NCBI RefSeq assembly: GCF_023555385.1 | Contig: NZ_JAJSED010000001.1 | Span: forward strand, 1,964,311 to 2,028,310 | Reading direction: 5' to 3' | DNA length: 64,000 bases | Origin: Guyparkeria hydrothermalis | GTDB taxonomy: Bacteria; Pseudomonadota; Gammaproteobacteria; Halothiobacillales; Halothiobacillaceae | Part shown: positions 35,801-45,851 of the stretch, piece by piece | Layout of the letters: each line of letters opens with the position of its first letter | Numbering within the stretch: the first letter of the stretch is position 1 | The notes under the pieces: model-generated | The model's input: only the letters and a program-made list of their open reading frames with translations | What the model was told of the DNA's origin: nothing | Databases searched by the model: none | Program-made: the position numbers and the translations under genes

Positions 35801-36997
35801 CTTCTGCAGCCGGGCGCGCGGGTGGTAGCGGTTGATGCGTGCCACGCCCGAGTCGATCACGTAGTGGATGCCGGGCACGGTGAGCGAGGTCTCGGCGACG
35901 TTGGTGGAGAGCACGATGCGTCGCCCGGCGTGCGGGGCGAACACCCGCTGTTGGTCGGCGGCCGACAGGCGGGCGTAGAGCGGCAGGATCTCGGTGTTCC
36001 GCAGGCCGTGGCGCGAGAGCTGGCGCTCGGTCTCGCGGATCTCGCGCTCGCCGGGCAGGAACACCAGGATGTCGCCCGGGCCCTCGTGGATCAGCTCGTC
36101 GACGGCATGCAGCACGCCGCGGGCGATGCTCGTCCCCAGTTCCTCGTCGCGGTCGGCCTCCGGCGGGCGGTAGCGCACCTCGACCGGGTAGCCGCGGCCG
36201 CTGACCGAGATGATTGGCGGGCGACCGTGGTGGTCGTCGGCGAAGTGCTCGGCGAAGCGCTCCGGGTCGATGGTCGCCGAGGTGATGATCAGGCGGAAGT
36301 TCGGCCGGCGTCGAAGCAGGCGCTTCATCACCCCGAGCAGGAAATCGATGTTGAGGCTGCGCTCGTGGGCCTCGTCGATGATCAGCGCGTCGTAGCGCAA
36401 CAGGTCGCGGTCGTGCTGCAGTTCGGCGAGCAGCAGGCCGTCGGTCATCACCGCCACGCGGCTGTCCGGTCGCGTCTGGTCGGAGAAGCGCACCTTGTAG
36501 CCGACCGCGGTGCGCCCGTCGCCGCCCCCGTTGTCGCCACTTACGCCTTCATCGAGCTCCTCGGCCAGCCGCCGGGCGACATTGCGCGCGGCGATCCGGC
36601 GCGGCTGGGTATGGCCGATCAGGCCGCGGCGGCCGTAACCGAGCTCGAGCAGCATCTTGGGGATCTGGGTGGTCTTCCCCGAGCCGGTCTCGCCGGCGAT
36701 GATGGTCACCGGGTGGCTGTCGATGGCTTCGAGGATCTCCTCGCGTGCCCCGGAAACCGGCAGGCTGTCGGGGTAGGCGATGTCGATCGCGAGCGCCTCG
36801 CGGGCGGCGACCTCGTCGGCGGCCTTCGTCACCCGGTCGACCAGCCGGTGCAGGGCCTGCTCGTCGGGTGCACCTTCCTCGAGCCGGCGCAACTGCCGGT
36901 CGATCTGTGGCAGATGACGCAGGGCCAGGTGATCGCGATTGGCGTTGATATACGCGAGAATGCTCGCCGGGTCGGCGCTGTCGACAGGATGGCTCAT
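32876..36997 (-). CDS. hrpA: ATP-dependent RNA helicase HrpA (DEAH-box)
   Basis: 1370+ aa; GETGSGKTTQ Walker A, DEAH box (IIDEAHER), HA2 and OB domains, C-terminal HrpA-specific extension. Confidence 0.9.
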   Translation of the reverse strand: MSHPVDSADPASILAYINANRDHLALRHLPQIDRQLRRLEEGAPDEQALHRLVDRVTKAADEVAAREALAIDIAYPDSLPVSGAREEILEAIDSHPVTIIAGETGSGKTTQIPKMLLELGYGRRGLIGHTQPRRIAARNVARRLAEELDEGVSGDNGGGDGRTAVGYKVRFSDQTRPDSRVAVMTDGLLLAELQHDRDLLRYDALIIDEAHERSLNIDFLLGVMKRLLRRRPNFRLIITSATIDPERFAEHFADDHHGRPPIISVSGRGYPVEVRYRPPEADRDEELGTSIARGVLHAVDELIHEGPGDILVFLPGEREIRETERQLSRHGLRNTEILPLYARLSAADQQRVFAPHAGRRIVLSTNVAETSLTVPGIHYVIDSGVARINRYHPRARLQKLGIEPVSQASANQRAGRCGRIAPGVCIRLYEEEDFEQRPAFTDPEILRSNLASVLLQLDALKLGHAEEFPFIEPPDPRQLATARKHLFELRALDEHGRLTDIGRKLSRLPIDPALGRMIVAAREHGERATEDMLVLAAFLAIQDPRERPADARGAADAAHAEFALAGSDFASALALWSAWHEVRRHKSRRQARQWAIKRFLNANRLIEWHDLVGQLRGSVDEMFRIRLPEFEPIVMPEKPQENSREGEKQKLPGKLAGRLEQLHQAALAGLLDQIGMRDPAPPKKYQQAAGDHRGKKRRAPTVYLGAHNRRFYLFPGSVSVKAQPKWVVAAEIVETSRVFARMNAPINPRWLEPLAEHLVTREYNEPSWDAKSGRVGAFETTRLFGLPIVTKKRVDYGRIDPVEAREIFIRRALVEGDFESSQPFWQHNQALIEEIQTLEAKLRRPAFLVDEQALFDFYDARIPAHVTDARKLHHWIKKDRAAAGSLELTREDLLASEPDDRRLAELPDHWQAGRYRLKLSYHFAPGEPDDGVSLHIPIGLLDSFDAAPTTHLVPGLRREKIETLIRGLPKAERRHFVPAPSFAEAVEERIGDTDLPLTQAVADELRRMTGHEVDPALLDETKLPEHLRMRFVAVDEDGEPIDADRDINALRGRQAQRARQAFNQRSKHRLEDHRTSEWDLGELPDTLTIDSGGAQIEAHPALVDDGDAVQVELIDDPERARLIHEAGVVRLMLLARAQQVRQAESDLRGDRSLDTVRLHYSRLKQTRPVPEEGMQRPKRADRAFDQELVFRAAWELAVAGEPPVRDEATFRERLDRLDQALGERASELAQSVKAILEKQHGLRRQLNGRLPLSVIEAAREIGEQLDMLVHPRFIWLASGERLTALPRYLEGAEKRLEKTERQPERDRMLRVPFAPLAEQVRNRLTKGTPDLPEWQRREALLDLIEGHRLAVFAQELAGKGAPKAKDVEAALAG

Positions 36998-37080
36998 CCG
37001 ACCCATTGTACGAAAAGCGACCGCAGAGCCGTGTCCGCGATACGCGGATGGCTCGGCCGGTTGCCGGAGCGGGAGTCCTC

Positions 37081-37776
37081 ATGCCGGAAAACATCAGTTT
37101 CTTTGCCGCCCTGGCCGTGGGTTTCTTCGGCGGCGTGCACTGCGTCGGCATGTGCGGCGGCATCGTCGGGGCACTGACCTTCGGCCTGCCGGCCGAGACC
37201 CGCGAACGCCCGCTGCGGCTGCTGCCGTATCTCCTGGCCTACAACCTCGCCCGGATCACTTCCTACACCATGGCCGGCGCGATCGCCGGTACGGTGGGGC
37301 TGCTGGGGCTGTCGCTGGTGCCGATGCAGCAGGCCCAGCTGGTGCTGCTCGGCATCGCCGGGCTGTTCATGGTGATGATGGGGCTCTACGTCGGTGGCTG
37401 GTGGTTCGGCCTGACGCGCATCGAGCGGGCCGGCTCGCGGCTGTGGCGGTTCATCGAGCCGGTCGGTCGGCGACTGATGCCGGTGCGCTCACCGGCGCAG
37501 GCCTTCGGGCTGGGGCTGGTGTGGGGGTGGTTGCCCTGCGGGCTGGTCTACAGCGTCCTGATCTGGGCGCTGTCGGCCGGCGGGCCGCTGGCCGGTGCAT
37601 TGCTGATGCTCGGTTTCGGCCTGGGTACCCTGCCCAACCTGCTGGCGATGGGAGCATTCGCCGCCCAGCTGGCGGCGTTCGTTCGTCGCCAGTGGGTGCG
37701 CCGGGTCGCCGGCGGGATGGTAATCGCCTTCGGCGTCTACCAGCTTTCGGTCGCCGGGGCGCGGCTGGCTGGCTGA
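37081..37776 (+). CDS. membrane protein with HCxxMCGG motif (sulfite-exporter TauE/SafE-like family as commonly annotated)
   Basis: 6 TM helices; FFGGVHCVGMCGGIVGAL motif; start chosen at ATG 37081. Confidence 0.55.
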   Translation: MPENISFFAALAVGFFGGVHCVGMCGGIVGALTFGLPAETRERPLRLLPYLLAYNLARITSYTMAGAIAGTVGLLGLSLVPMQQAQLVLLGIAGLFMVMMGLYVGGWWFGLTRIERAGSRLWRFIEPVGRRLMPVRSPAQAFGLGLVWGWLPCGLVYSVLIWALSAGGPLAGALLMLGFGLGTLPNLLAMGAFAAQLAAFVRRQWVRRVAGGMVIAFGVYQLSVAGARLAG

Positions 37777-37789
37777 TCATCCGGGCGGT

Positions 37790-38059
37790 TCAGCCGCGTA
37801 CCGAGAACCCTTCGATTCCCTCCGGCGCCTCCTCGCGGTGCTCGGTGCCGTCCACCTGCGCCCGGGGCGGTCCCTGTCGTAGTCGCTCCAGCACTGCTTC
37901 CACCTCGGAGTGCGGCCCTTCGAGCACGGCCTCCACCCGGCCGTCGGCCAGATTGCGCACCCAGCCGGTCAGGCCGTGATCGATGGCCTCGCGACGGGTG
38001 AAGTCGCGGAAGAAGACACCCTGTACGCGACCGCTGATCAGTACGTGCACCCGGCGCAT
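37790..38059 (-). CDS. acyP: acylphosphatase
   Basis: VxGxVQGVFFR and GWVRNLADGRVE signatures. Confidence 0.8.
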   Translation of the reverse strand: MRRVHVLISGRVQGVFFRDFTRREAIDHGLTGWVRNLADGRVEAVLEGPHSEVEAVLERLRQGPPRAQVDGTEHREEAPEGIEGFSVRG

Positions 38060-38092
38060 GCTTGTTCTCCTCTGGTGGCTTGGCACCGGATT

Positions 38093-39103
38093 CTAGCCGC
38101 CCGTTACGCTGCGGGCAGCTTCGGGGATTTCCAGATAGCGCATGGTCCCGGCACCGGTTCCCTCGCGGACAATGCTGACGTATCGACCGTCGGCCGAAAA
38201 GGCGAGACCCTCCCACTGTTCGATCCGTGGCAGGGAGCGGGAGGCGATCGGGCGACGGATGGCCTCGGCCCACCCCTCGCCGGGCTCGCGGTGGAAGAAG
38301 TACAGCGAGGAGTAGGTCAGTACGCCCAGCACGCGCCCATTCGGCGACAGCGCCATGTCGGTCGGCAGGCTCGTCTGCCGGCCGGTCAATGGCGAGAGCA
38401 GCCAGTTGATGGGGTCGGTCGGCACCAGCCCGCCCATCGGGCCGACCGGCCGGGCCTCGTGCACGGGGGATTCGCGCAGGCGCTCGCGATCACTGTCGCC
38501 GTGGTCGGCATCGTATGAGTGCCGCGCGGAGAGCGGCAGGGAAAACAGCCGCGGCGGGTCCTCCCGCTTGCTCAGCAGCAGCACCTCGCCGCTGGCGGTA
38601 TCGATGGCCATCGCCTCGGTGTCCGCCGGCCCGTCGGGGTAACGGTAGCGCAGCAGTGCGGTGGGTGAGGTGCTGACCCTGCCCGAGGCGGGCAGGGTTT
38701 CCGGTTCGGGGATGAACCAGAGTGCGTAGTCCGGCCAACTGCCAAGGTTGTCGCCGCTGTCGGCCACCACCAGGGTGTCGACCCCGTCGAGGCGGGTGCT
38801 CTCGATCGCTTCCCAGTCGCGCTGGGTCAGCCCGGTCAGCTCCACCCGGACCCGAGGTTGTCCGTCCGGGGAGATGCCGTACAGGAAGGGTGTCACCCGG
38901 CGCATGGACCCCGGATCGTTGATGTTGTCGTTGTGCGTCCAGAGAAGGGTGGGATGCTGGGTCGAATAGGCCAGCCCCGAGGCCTCGTCGATCTGAGCGG
39001 GAAGTTCGGCCTCGTTCGGCGGGCTGGCTGGCGCGGCCGGGGCGCACAGCAGTGTCACCAACAAGGCAAGAATCGACCGATGGTGGAAGACGGGAGGCGA
39101 CAT
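38093..39103 (-). CDS. hypothetical secreted protein (possible beta-propeller fold)
   Basis: Signal peptide; repeated hydrophobic-Asp/Gly strands; no family confidently recognised. Confidence 0.45.
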   Translation of the reverse strand: MSPPVFHHRSILALLVTLLCAPAAPASPPNEAELPAQIDEASGLAYSTQHPTLLWTHNDNINDPGSMRRVTPFLYGISPDGQPRVRVELTGLTQRDWEAIESTRLDGVDTLVVADSGDNLGSWPDYALWFIPEPETLPASGRVSTSPTALLRYRYPDGPADTEAMAIDTASGEVLLLSKREDPPRLFSLPLSARHSYDADHGDSDRERLRESPVHEARPVGPMGGLVPTDPINWLLSPLTGRQTSLPTDMALSPNGRVLGVLTYSSLYFFHREPGEGWAEAIRRPIASRSLPRIEQWEGLAFSADGRYVSIVREGTGAGTMRYLEIPEAARSVTGG

Positions 39104-39265
39104 TGGCGGGTGACGTTCAACGTGGCGGCAGGTGATGGGCGGGCACAACGGCGCCCCGACTCGCCCGGCGGAGCCGGGGCGGGGCGCAATGTGCTTCAGG
39201 TTGGTCCGCCGAAACCGCCTTGGGTTCCCCGTCGGGCCGGGGCGGCGGTTTCGGAAGGGATGGCG

Positions 39266-39493
39266 TCAGGCGGGGCCGTCACCCGACGAGCCGCCCGACT
39301 GGCCCTTGCCGGCACCGATGGTGTCGATGCCGATCAGTCGGTAGACCGGGCAGAAATTGATTACCGCGGTGGCCAGCGGGATGATGCCGATGTAGCCCCA
39401 CCAGCCGATCACGCCAAACAGTGCCAGCGCGATGAGCGCCACGCCGACCACGATGCGCAGCCACCTGTCGATCACTCCCATGTTCGCTTTCAT
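39266..39493 (-). CDS. DUF2892 (YgaP-like) small inner-membrane protein
   Basis: 75 aa, two TM helices, DRWLRIVVG...NFCPVY motif. Confidence 0.6.
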   Translation of the reverse strand: MKANMGVIDRWLRIVVGVALIALALFGVIGWWGYIGIIPLATAVINFCPVYRLIGIDTIGAGKGQSGGSSGDGPA

Positions 39494-39547
39494 CGGTCAC
39501 TACCTCCGAGTTGTATCAGGACAATGGATTCGCCGAAGCGAGTGTAG

Positions 39548-39856
39548 TCACTGCGGAGGGAATTTCCCGTGTTCGACGCGATGCAGGGCGATCGTCTTCT
39601 CGAAGTAGATGCTGAAGTCGGCGTAATCCCAGCGAATGATCGGCGGGGTCGGATGCTCGCCCTGAGCGGGCACGGCCGCGAATCGTTTTACCGGCTCGCC
39701 GAAGCGGGCGATGACCTGGTTCTGGGTGAGGCCGTGAACTGACTGGTGGGTTGCGCTGTCTTCTGTCTGGGCCTGCACGACCGAGGTGGCGGCGGTCGCG
39801 GCAAACACGATGGCGACGGTCGCCAGCAGTCGGTTCAGGTGAGTCAACGGTTTCAT
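39548..39856 (-). CDS. hypothetical small secreted protein
   Basis: Start at ATG 39856 (MKPLTHLNRLLATVAIVFAATAATSVVQA signal peptide). Confidence 0.4.
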   Translation of the reverse strand: MKPLTHLNRLLATVAIVFAATAATSVVQAQTEDSATHQSVHGLTQNQVIARFGEPVKRFAAVPAQGEHPTPPIIRWDYADFSIYFEKTIALHRVEHGKFPPQ

Positions 39857-40130
39857 GGCTAGCTCCTGGATCCTTGGTCGGATGGCTCGTTCCCTGACGG
39901 TTGCCCGGATCGTCGGTCTGGCGGTCGGTGTTGTCGGGCCGCGACATTCCGGGCGTTGCCTCCCGCCGTGAGAGCCGGATCGGCTCGCCATGACGGGGAT
40001 TTCCGCTAGTCTGCGTCACGCCGCGCCATGCTGCAAGCTCGTCGACCAGCGTCGGGCGGCGACGGGACAGTGCGCGCGGTTGCGGCTAGACTGCGTTGAT
40101 TCACGCATCGAGACAACACGAGAGGGCCGG

Positions 40131-41378
40131 ATGAGGCGGACATTCGAATGGATGATCGGGTTGCGGTACACCCGGGCGAAGCGGCGCAACCGTTTCGTGT
40201 CCTTCATATCGGCAACGTCGATCATCGGCATCACGCTCGGCGTGACCGCCCTGATCGTGGTGATCTCGGTGATGAACGGCTTTCAGGACGAGCTGCGCGA
40301 GCGCATCCTCGGCATGACCGCTCACGTGACCGTCAGTCAGCAGGGCGGCTCGCTGTCCGACTGGCCGTCGGTGGTCGACCGAGTCGACCGGAATCCCGCC
40401 GTGCAGGCCGCCGCGCCGTACATCCAGTCCGAGGGGATGCTCTCGGCCGGCTCGGCCGTCTCGGGCGCGATCATCCGCGGCATTCGCCCGGAGCTCGAGA
40501 AGCCGGTCACCGACATCGGCTCCCACATGAAGCAGGGCGCGCTGGAGGACCTGGCGCCGGGCGAGTTCGGCATCGTGCTTGGCTCGGCTCTGGCGCGTTC
40601 GCTGGGCGTGGGCGTGGGTGACAAGCTGATGCTGATCAGCGCGGATGTCGCCGTGACCCCGGTCGGCGGCATGCTGCGCCAGCGGCGCTTCACCGTGGCC
40701 GGCCTCTTCGAGGTCGGCATGTACGAGTACGATCGCGGCACGGCGATGATCCACCTCGCCGATGCCCAGGCGTTGTTCCGCAGCGGCGAGTCGGTTTCCG
40801 GGGTGCGGCTCAAGCTCGACGACATCTTCTCCGCCCCGGCCGTGGCGCGCGATCTCAACCATCGTCTCGGTGCGCCCTACGTGGCCCAGGACTGGACCCG
40901 CTCGAATTCGAATTTCTTCCGGGCGATCCAGATCGAACGCACCGTGATGTTCATCATCCTGTCGCTGATCGTGGCGGTGGCCGCCTTCAACATCGTCTCG
41001 ACGCTGGTCATGCTGGTCACCGACAAGCAGGGCGACATCGCCATCCTGCGCACGCTGGGCGCGAGTCCCGCGTCGATCATGATGATCTTCATCATCACCG
41101 GGGTGGTGATCGGCCTGATCGGCACGCTGGTCGGCGTCGGTGTCGGTGTGCTGATCGCGGAGAACATCGACGTGATCGTGCCGTGGATCGAGAACGCGGT
41201 CGGGATCCAGTTCATGCCCGCCGACGTGTACTACATCAGCGAGGTGCCGTCGCGGCTCGAGTGGAATGATGTCGGCCTGATCGGCCTGATGGCCTTCGCC
41301 CTGTCCTTCCTGGCCACGCTCTACCCGGCGTGGCGTGCCTCCCGTGTTCAACCGGCCCAGGCCCTGCGTTATGAATGA
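40131..41378 (+). CDS. lipoprotein-releasing system transmembrane permease (LolC/E/F family)
   Basis: [21 protein letters not shown]-terminus, MacB-like periplasmic domain, FtsX C-terminal TM bundle. Confidence 0.85.
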   Translation: MRRTFEWMIGLRYTRAKRRNRFVSFISATSIIGITLGVTALIVVISVMNGFQDELRERILGMTAHVTVSQQGGSLSDWPSVVDRVDRNPAVQAAAPYIQSEGMLSAGSAVSGAIIRGIRPELEKPVTDIGSHMKQGALEDLAPGEFGIVLGSALARSLGVGVGDKLMLISADVAVTPVGGMLRQRRFTVAGLFEVGMYEYDRGTAMIHLADAQALFRSGESVSGVRLKLDDIFSAPAVARDLNHRLGAPYVAQDWTRSNSNFFRAIQIERTVMFIILSLIVAVAAFNIVSTLVMLVTDKQGDIAILRTLGASPASIMMIFIITGVVIGLIGTLVGVGVGVLIAENIDVIVPWIENAVGIQFMPADVYYISEVPSRLEWNDVGLIGLMAFALSFLATLYPAWRASRVQPAQALRYE

Positions 41379-42072
41379 CATGTCGCCGACCGATCGTCCC
41401 GTACTCGAAGCGCGCGAACTGACCCGCACCTTCCGCGAGGGCAATCTCAACGTCGAGGTGCTGCGGGGGATCGACCTGACCATCCGTGCCGGCGAGCGTG
41501 TTGCGATCGTCGGCGCATCCGGGGCCGGCAAGTCGAGTCTGCTCTCCCTGCTGGCGGGGCTGGACCAGCCCAGCGACGGCGAGGTCTGGCTGGCCGGGCA
41601 GCGTTTCTCGGCCCTGGGCGAGCGTCGCCGGGGGCTGTTGCGCAATCGTCACTTGGGCTTCGTCTATCAGGCGCATCACCTGCTGCCCGAATTCTCGGCG
41701 CTGACCAATGTCGCCATGCCGCTGATCATCCGCCGACAGGTGCGCTCGCAGGCCGAGGCAGAAGCCCGCACCCTGCTTGAGCGCGTGGGGCTGGGCCACC
41801 GGCTCGAACACCGCCCCGGCGAACTTTCCGGCGGCGAGCGCCAGCGGGTCGCGATTGCCCGGGCACTGGTCGCCCGGCCTGACGTGGTGCTGGCCGACGA
41901 GCCGACCGGCAACCTCGACACGCAGAGTTCGGAGGCCGCCGTCGAGGCGATGCTCGAGCTCAATCGCGCCATGGGCAGTGCCATCGTGCTGGTCACTCAC
42001 GACCTCGGGCTCGCCGCGCGCATGGACCGCACCCTTCATATCGTCGACGGCCTGATCACCGACCGCGCCTGA
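41371..42072 (+). CDS. lolD: lipoprotein-releasing system ATP-binding protein LolD
   Basis: ABC ATPase Walker [10 protein letters not shown], signature LSGGERQR, LolD-type motif region; overlaps permease gene. Confidence 0.9.
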   Translation: MNDMSPTDRPVLEARELTRTFREGNLNVEVLRGIDLTIRAGERVAIVGASGAGKSSLLSLLAGLDQPSDGEVWLAGQRFSALGERRRGLLRNRHLGFVYQAHHLLPEFSALTNVAMPLIIRRQVRSQAEAEARTLLERVGLGHRLEHRPGELSGGERQRVAIARALVARPDVVLADEPTGNLDTQSSEAAVEAMLELNRAMGSAIVLVTHDLGLAARMDRTLHIVDGLITDRA

Positions 42073-42214
42073 TTCCCTGCCGGCCTCTCGCCGGCCCGCT
42101 GTGTCCTGCAAAACATATTGCGGCCGCGTCAGCAGCGTCTAGGCTCCTTTGCACGTTCCGATCGCCCCGCTCCGGGGCGATTTCCGACTGTGCATCCGAA
42201 TAAGGAGGTCTGCC

Positions 42215-42700
42215 GTGGCAACACTCACCCTCAATGGTCGACCGGTGACTCTCGAGGTCGCCGACGACATGCCCCTGCTCTGGGCCATCCGCGACTACGT
42301 CGGCCTGACCGGCACCAAATTCGGCTGTGGTGCCGGGCTGTGCGGCGCCTGCACCGTGCACGTCGACGGCGAAGCCACGCGCTCCTGCGTCACGCCGGTC
42401 TCGTCGGTCGACGGCAAGGACATCACCACCATCGAGGGCCTCTCCTCGGCCGGTGACCACCCCGTACAGCTGGCCTGGGTGGCCGAGGACGCGCCGCAGT
42501 GCGGCTACTGCCAGTCCGGCCAGATCATGCAGGCCGCCGCGCTACTGGCCGACAACCCCGATCCCTCCGATGCGGACATCGACCGCGCCATGCAGGGCAA
42601 TATCTGCCGCTGTGGCACCTACAACCAGATCCGCGCGGCCATCAAGCATGCCGCGGCGGCAAAGATGACCGGCCGTGACGGCGAGGAGGTGTCGGCATGA
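42215..42700 (+). CDS. (2Fe-2S)-binding small subunit of molybdenum hydroxylase (IorA/aldehyde oxidoreductase family)
   Basis: GTG 42215 after AAGGAGG; CGAGLCGAC and CGYCQSG / CRCGTY cluster motifs. Confidence 0.8.
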   Translation: MATLTLNGRPVTLEVADDMPLLWAIRDYVGLTGTKFGCGAGLCGACTVHVDGEATRSCVTPVSSVDGKDITTIEGLSSAGDHPVQLAWVAEDAPQCGYCQSGQIMQAAALLADNPDPSDADIDRAMQGNICRCGTYNQIRAAIKHAAAAKMTGRDGEEVSA

Positions 42701-44841
42701 CCACGCGCAGACAGTTTCTGAAAGTCTCCGCCGCGGTCGGCGGCGGTCTGTTGATCGGTTTTCGCCTCGGCGCACCCGAATCCGCCCGTGCGGCGACCGC
42801 CGGCGGCACGCCGGATGACGGCGCCGACGTGCTGGAGCCCAATGCCTGGATCGAGATGCACCCCGACGGCCGCAATATCGTGACCGTTTCCGGTTCGGAG
42901 ATGGGCCAGGGCGCCATGACGGTCATCCCGATGATGATCGCCGAGGAGCTCGATCTCCCCTGGGCGGACTTCGATACCCGCTTCGCACCGGCCGACCCGG
43001 TCTACGCCAACCCCGTGCTCGGCAGCCAGGTCACCGGCGGCAGTGCCACCGTGCGCGGCTTCTACAACCAGCTGCGCGAGGTCGGCGCGAGCGCCCGCGA
43101 ACTGCTGGTCCAGGCCGCGGCCAATCGCTGGGGCGTGCCGATGGACCAACTGCGCACCGAGCCGGGTGTGGTGGTGCACACCGCCACCGGTCGGCAGGCC
43201 GAGTACCGAGACCTGGTCGCGGATGCCGCCGGGCTTGAGCCGCCCGAGGAGGTCTTCACCAAGTCGCCGGAGCAGTTCCGTCTGATCGGCCAGCCGACCA
43301 AGCGGCTGGACTCGCCGCAAAAGGTCACCGGTCAGGCCGGCTTCGGTATCGACGCCCGGCCGGACCAGTTGCTCAAGGCGAGCATCGCTCGCTGTCCGGT
43401 GTTCGGCGGCACGCTGAAGTCAGTCGATGCGTCGAAGGCCAAGAAGGCGGCCAACGTGGTCGGCGTGATCGAGATGGAAAGCGGCGTGGCCGTGCTCGCC
43501 CGCGACTGGTGGAGCGCCGACCAGGCCCGCGGCATGCTCTCGATCGAATGGAACGAGGGCGAACTGGCGGATCTCGATGACGAGGCGATCGACACGCAGT
43601 TCCGAGAGGGCGTCGGCGCTGGCAAGCCGGCCCGCAGCGAGGGGCGCGGTGCCGAGGCCCTGGTCGACGGCGAGAATACGATCGAGGCCACCTATCGGGT
43701 GCCGTACCTGGCCCACACCACCATGGAGCCGATGAACGCGACCGCCTCGGTGCACGAGGGCGGTGTCACGGTCTGGGTGCCGACCCAGGCGCAGGGGTCG
43801 GTCCAGAAGGTCGCGGCCGAGGTGGCCGGCGTGGACAAGGACAAGGTGACGGTGCACACCACATTCCTCGGCGGCGGTTTCGGACGGCGCTTCGAGACCG
43901 ACTTCGTCCGCGAGGCGGTCGAATTGTCGAAGCAGGCCGGGCGGCCCGTGCAGGTGGTCTGGTCTCGGCCCGACGACATCCAGCATGACTTCTATCGCCC
44001 GGCGGCCTACAACGAACTCGCCGCGACGCTCGGTGACGACGGCCTGCCGGTTGCCTGGGTGCATCGCATTGCCGGTCCGTCGATCTGGTCACGGGTCGCG
44101 CCGGGCATGGTCAAGGAGGGCATCGATCCGGCCGCGGTCGAAGGGGCGGCGGATCACCCCTACCAGATCGAGAACATCGCCGTGACCTACGCCAAGGTCG
44201 ATCCGGGCATCCCGGTCGGTTTCTGGCGTTCGGTGGGGCATTCGCAGAACGCCTACGTGGTGGAGTCGTTCCTCGACGAACTGGCGCACAAGGCCGGGTC
44301 CGATCCGGTCGAGTATCGCCGTCGGCTCTTGAAGAAGGATTCGCGCGAGCGCGGCGTGCTCGATCGGGTTGCCGAGATGGCCGACTGGGGCGGCAAGGTC
44401 CCCGAGGGGCGCGCCCGCGGCGTCGCGGTGGCCAAGTCCTTCGGCAGCTACTGTGCCGAGGTGGCCGAGGTGTCGATCGAGGACGGCATGCCGCGAGTGC
44501 ACCGCGTCTGGTGCGCGATCGATTGCGGCATTGCGGTCAACCCGGCGGGCGTCGAGCGTCAGATGCACTCGGGCATCACCTATGGTCTGACCGCCGCCTT
44601 GTTCGGCAAGATCTCGATCAAGAACGGCCGGGTCCAGCAGCAGAACTTCAATGACTACCAGGCGCTGCGCATGGATCAGATGCCGGCCGTGGAGGTGTCG
44701 ATCGTGGCCTCCGGTCACGAGCCGGGCGGCGTCGGTGAGCCGGGTGTGCCGCCCATCGCTCCGGCAGTAGCCAATGCCCTGGCGAGTCTCACGGGCAAGC
44801 CGGTCCGCGCCCTGCCGATCGAGCTGGACGGCAAGGCATGA
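42697..44841 (+). CDS. molybdopterin-binding large subunit of xanthine dehydrogenase-family oxidoreductase (IorB-like), Tat signal
   Basis: N-terminal twin-arginine [16 protein letters not shown]; 714 aa; 4-nt overlap with small subunit gene. Confidence 0.8.
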   Translation: MTTRRQFLKVSAAVGGGLLIGFRLGAPESARAATAGGTPDDGADVLEPNAWIEMHPDGRNIVTVSGSEMGQGAMTVIPMMIAEELDLPWADFDTRFAPADPVYANPVLGSQVTGGSATVRGFYNQLREVGASARELLVQAAANRWGVPMDQLRTEPGVVVHTATGRQAEYRDLVADAAGLEPPEEVFTKSPEQFRLIGQPTKRLDSPQKVTGQAGFGIDARPDQLLKASIARCPVFGGTLKSVDASKAKKAANVVGVIEMESGVAVLARDWWSADQARGMLSIEWNEGELADLDDEAIDTQFREGVGAGKPARSEGRGAEALVDGENTIEATYRVPYLAHTTMEPMNATASVHEGGVTVWVPTQAQGSVQKVAAEVAGVDKDKVTVHTTFLGGGFGRRFETDFVREAVELSKQAGRPVQVVWSRPDDIQHDFYRPAAYNELAATLGDDGLPVAWVHRIAGPSIWSRVAPGMVKEGIDPAAVEGAADHPYQIENIAVTYAKVDPGIPVGFWRSVGHSQNAYVVESFLDELAHKAGSDPVEYRRRLLKKDSRERGVLDRVAEMADWGGKVPEGRARGVAVAKSFGSYCAEVAEVSIEDGMPRVHRVWCAIDCGIAVNPAGVERQMHSGITYGLTAALFGKISIKNGRVQQQNFNDYQALRMDQMPAVEVSIVASGHEPGGVGEPGVPPIAPAVANALASLTGKPVRALPIELDGKA

Positions 44842-45851
44842 CCGCCGCGCTGCCGTCGTCGGACCGCGAGGCAGCCCTGCGGCTGGCCGTCGACGGGCTG
44901 GCGGCAGGTCGCGAGGTGGCACTGGTCACCGTGCTGTCGACCTACGGCTCGGCGCCGCGTCGACCCGGATCGATCTGGGTGGTCGTCGATCCGCCGGCCC
45001 CCCGTCCGCGGATGCAGGGCTCGATCTCGGGTGGCTGCATCGAGGAGGACCTGCTCGACTGGCTCGCGCAGCGCGCTCGCCGGGGTCAGTCCCGGGCGCC
45101 GGTTATCCGTTCCTACGATGGGAGTGACCATCACGGTCTGCCCTGCGGCGGCACCCTGTCGGTACTGGTCGAGTGGCTGCGCGGTCCGGAAGACATCGAG
45201 CCGGCCCTGGCGGCGATTTCGCGTCGGCAGGCGGTCTGGCGCGAGGTCGATCTGTCCAGCGGCGTGGTCGGCTGGCGGCCGGCGGCGAGCCTGCTGCCCG
45301 AATCGCCCACCCGTGATGAGCGGAAGTTGGCGGTGCCCTTCGGGCCGGCGTGGCGGCTGGTGATTGTCGGCAGTGGACCGGTGGCCGATCAGCTCGGGCC
45401 GCAGGCACTGGCACTGGGGTTCGAGGTGATCGTCTGCGACCCGCGCGCCAGCGCGCAGCCGGTGCCCGCTGGCACAATGCTGTCGCAGGAGGCGCCCGAA
45501 CGGCTGTTCGCCCGGCTGGGGCTCGACGAGCGCACGGCGGTGGTCGCGGTCGCGCACGATCCGCGCCTGGATGACCTGGCGCTGATCGACGCGCTTGAGT
45601 CGCCGGCCTTTCACGTCGCCGTGATGGGGGGCGTCGGTACCAGCCGCGCGCGCCGCGACCGTCTGGCCTCGCTGGGTGTCGATACCTCGCGGCTGCGTGC
45701 GCCGGCCGGGCTGGACATCGGTTCGCACACGCCGGCGGAGATTGCCGTCTCGATTGCCGCCGAACTGGTGGCGGCGCGCAGCCTCGCACGTCGTCCCGGC
45801 AAGGGGGCGCCACTCGCCCCGGTTGCCCGTGCCGCGCTGGATGCCGACTGA
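44838..45851 (+). CDS. XdhC/CoxI family molybdenum cofactor insertion chaperone
   Basis: XdhC_CoxI N-terminal and Rossmann-like C-terminal regions; 4-nt overlap with large subunit. Confidence 0.75.
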   Translation: MTAALPSSDREAALRLAVDGLAAGREVALVTVLSTYGSAPRRPGSIWVVVDPPAPRPRMQGSISGGCIEEDLLDWLAQRARRGQSRAPVIRSYDGSDHHGLPCGGTLSVLVEWLRGPEDIEPALAAISRRQAVWREVDLSSGVVGWRPAASLLPESPTRDERKLAVPFGPAWRLVIVGSGPVADQLGPQALALGFEVIVCDPRASAQPVPAGTMLSQEAPERLFARLGLDERTAVVAVAHDPRLDDLALIDALESPAFHVAVMGGVGTSRARRDRLASLGVDTSRLRAPAGLDIGSHTPAEIAVSIAAELVAARSLARRPGKGAPLAPVARAALDAD

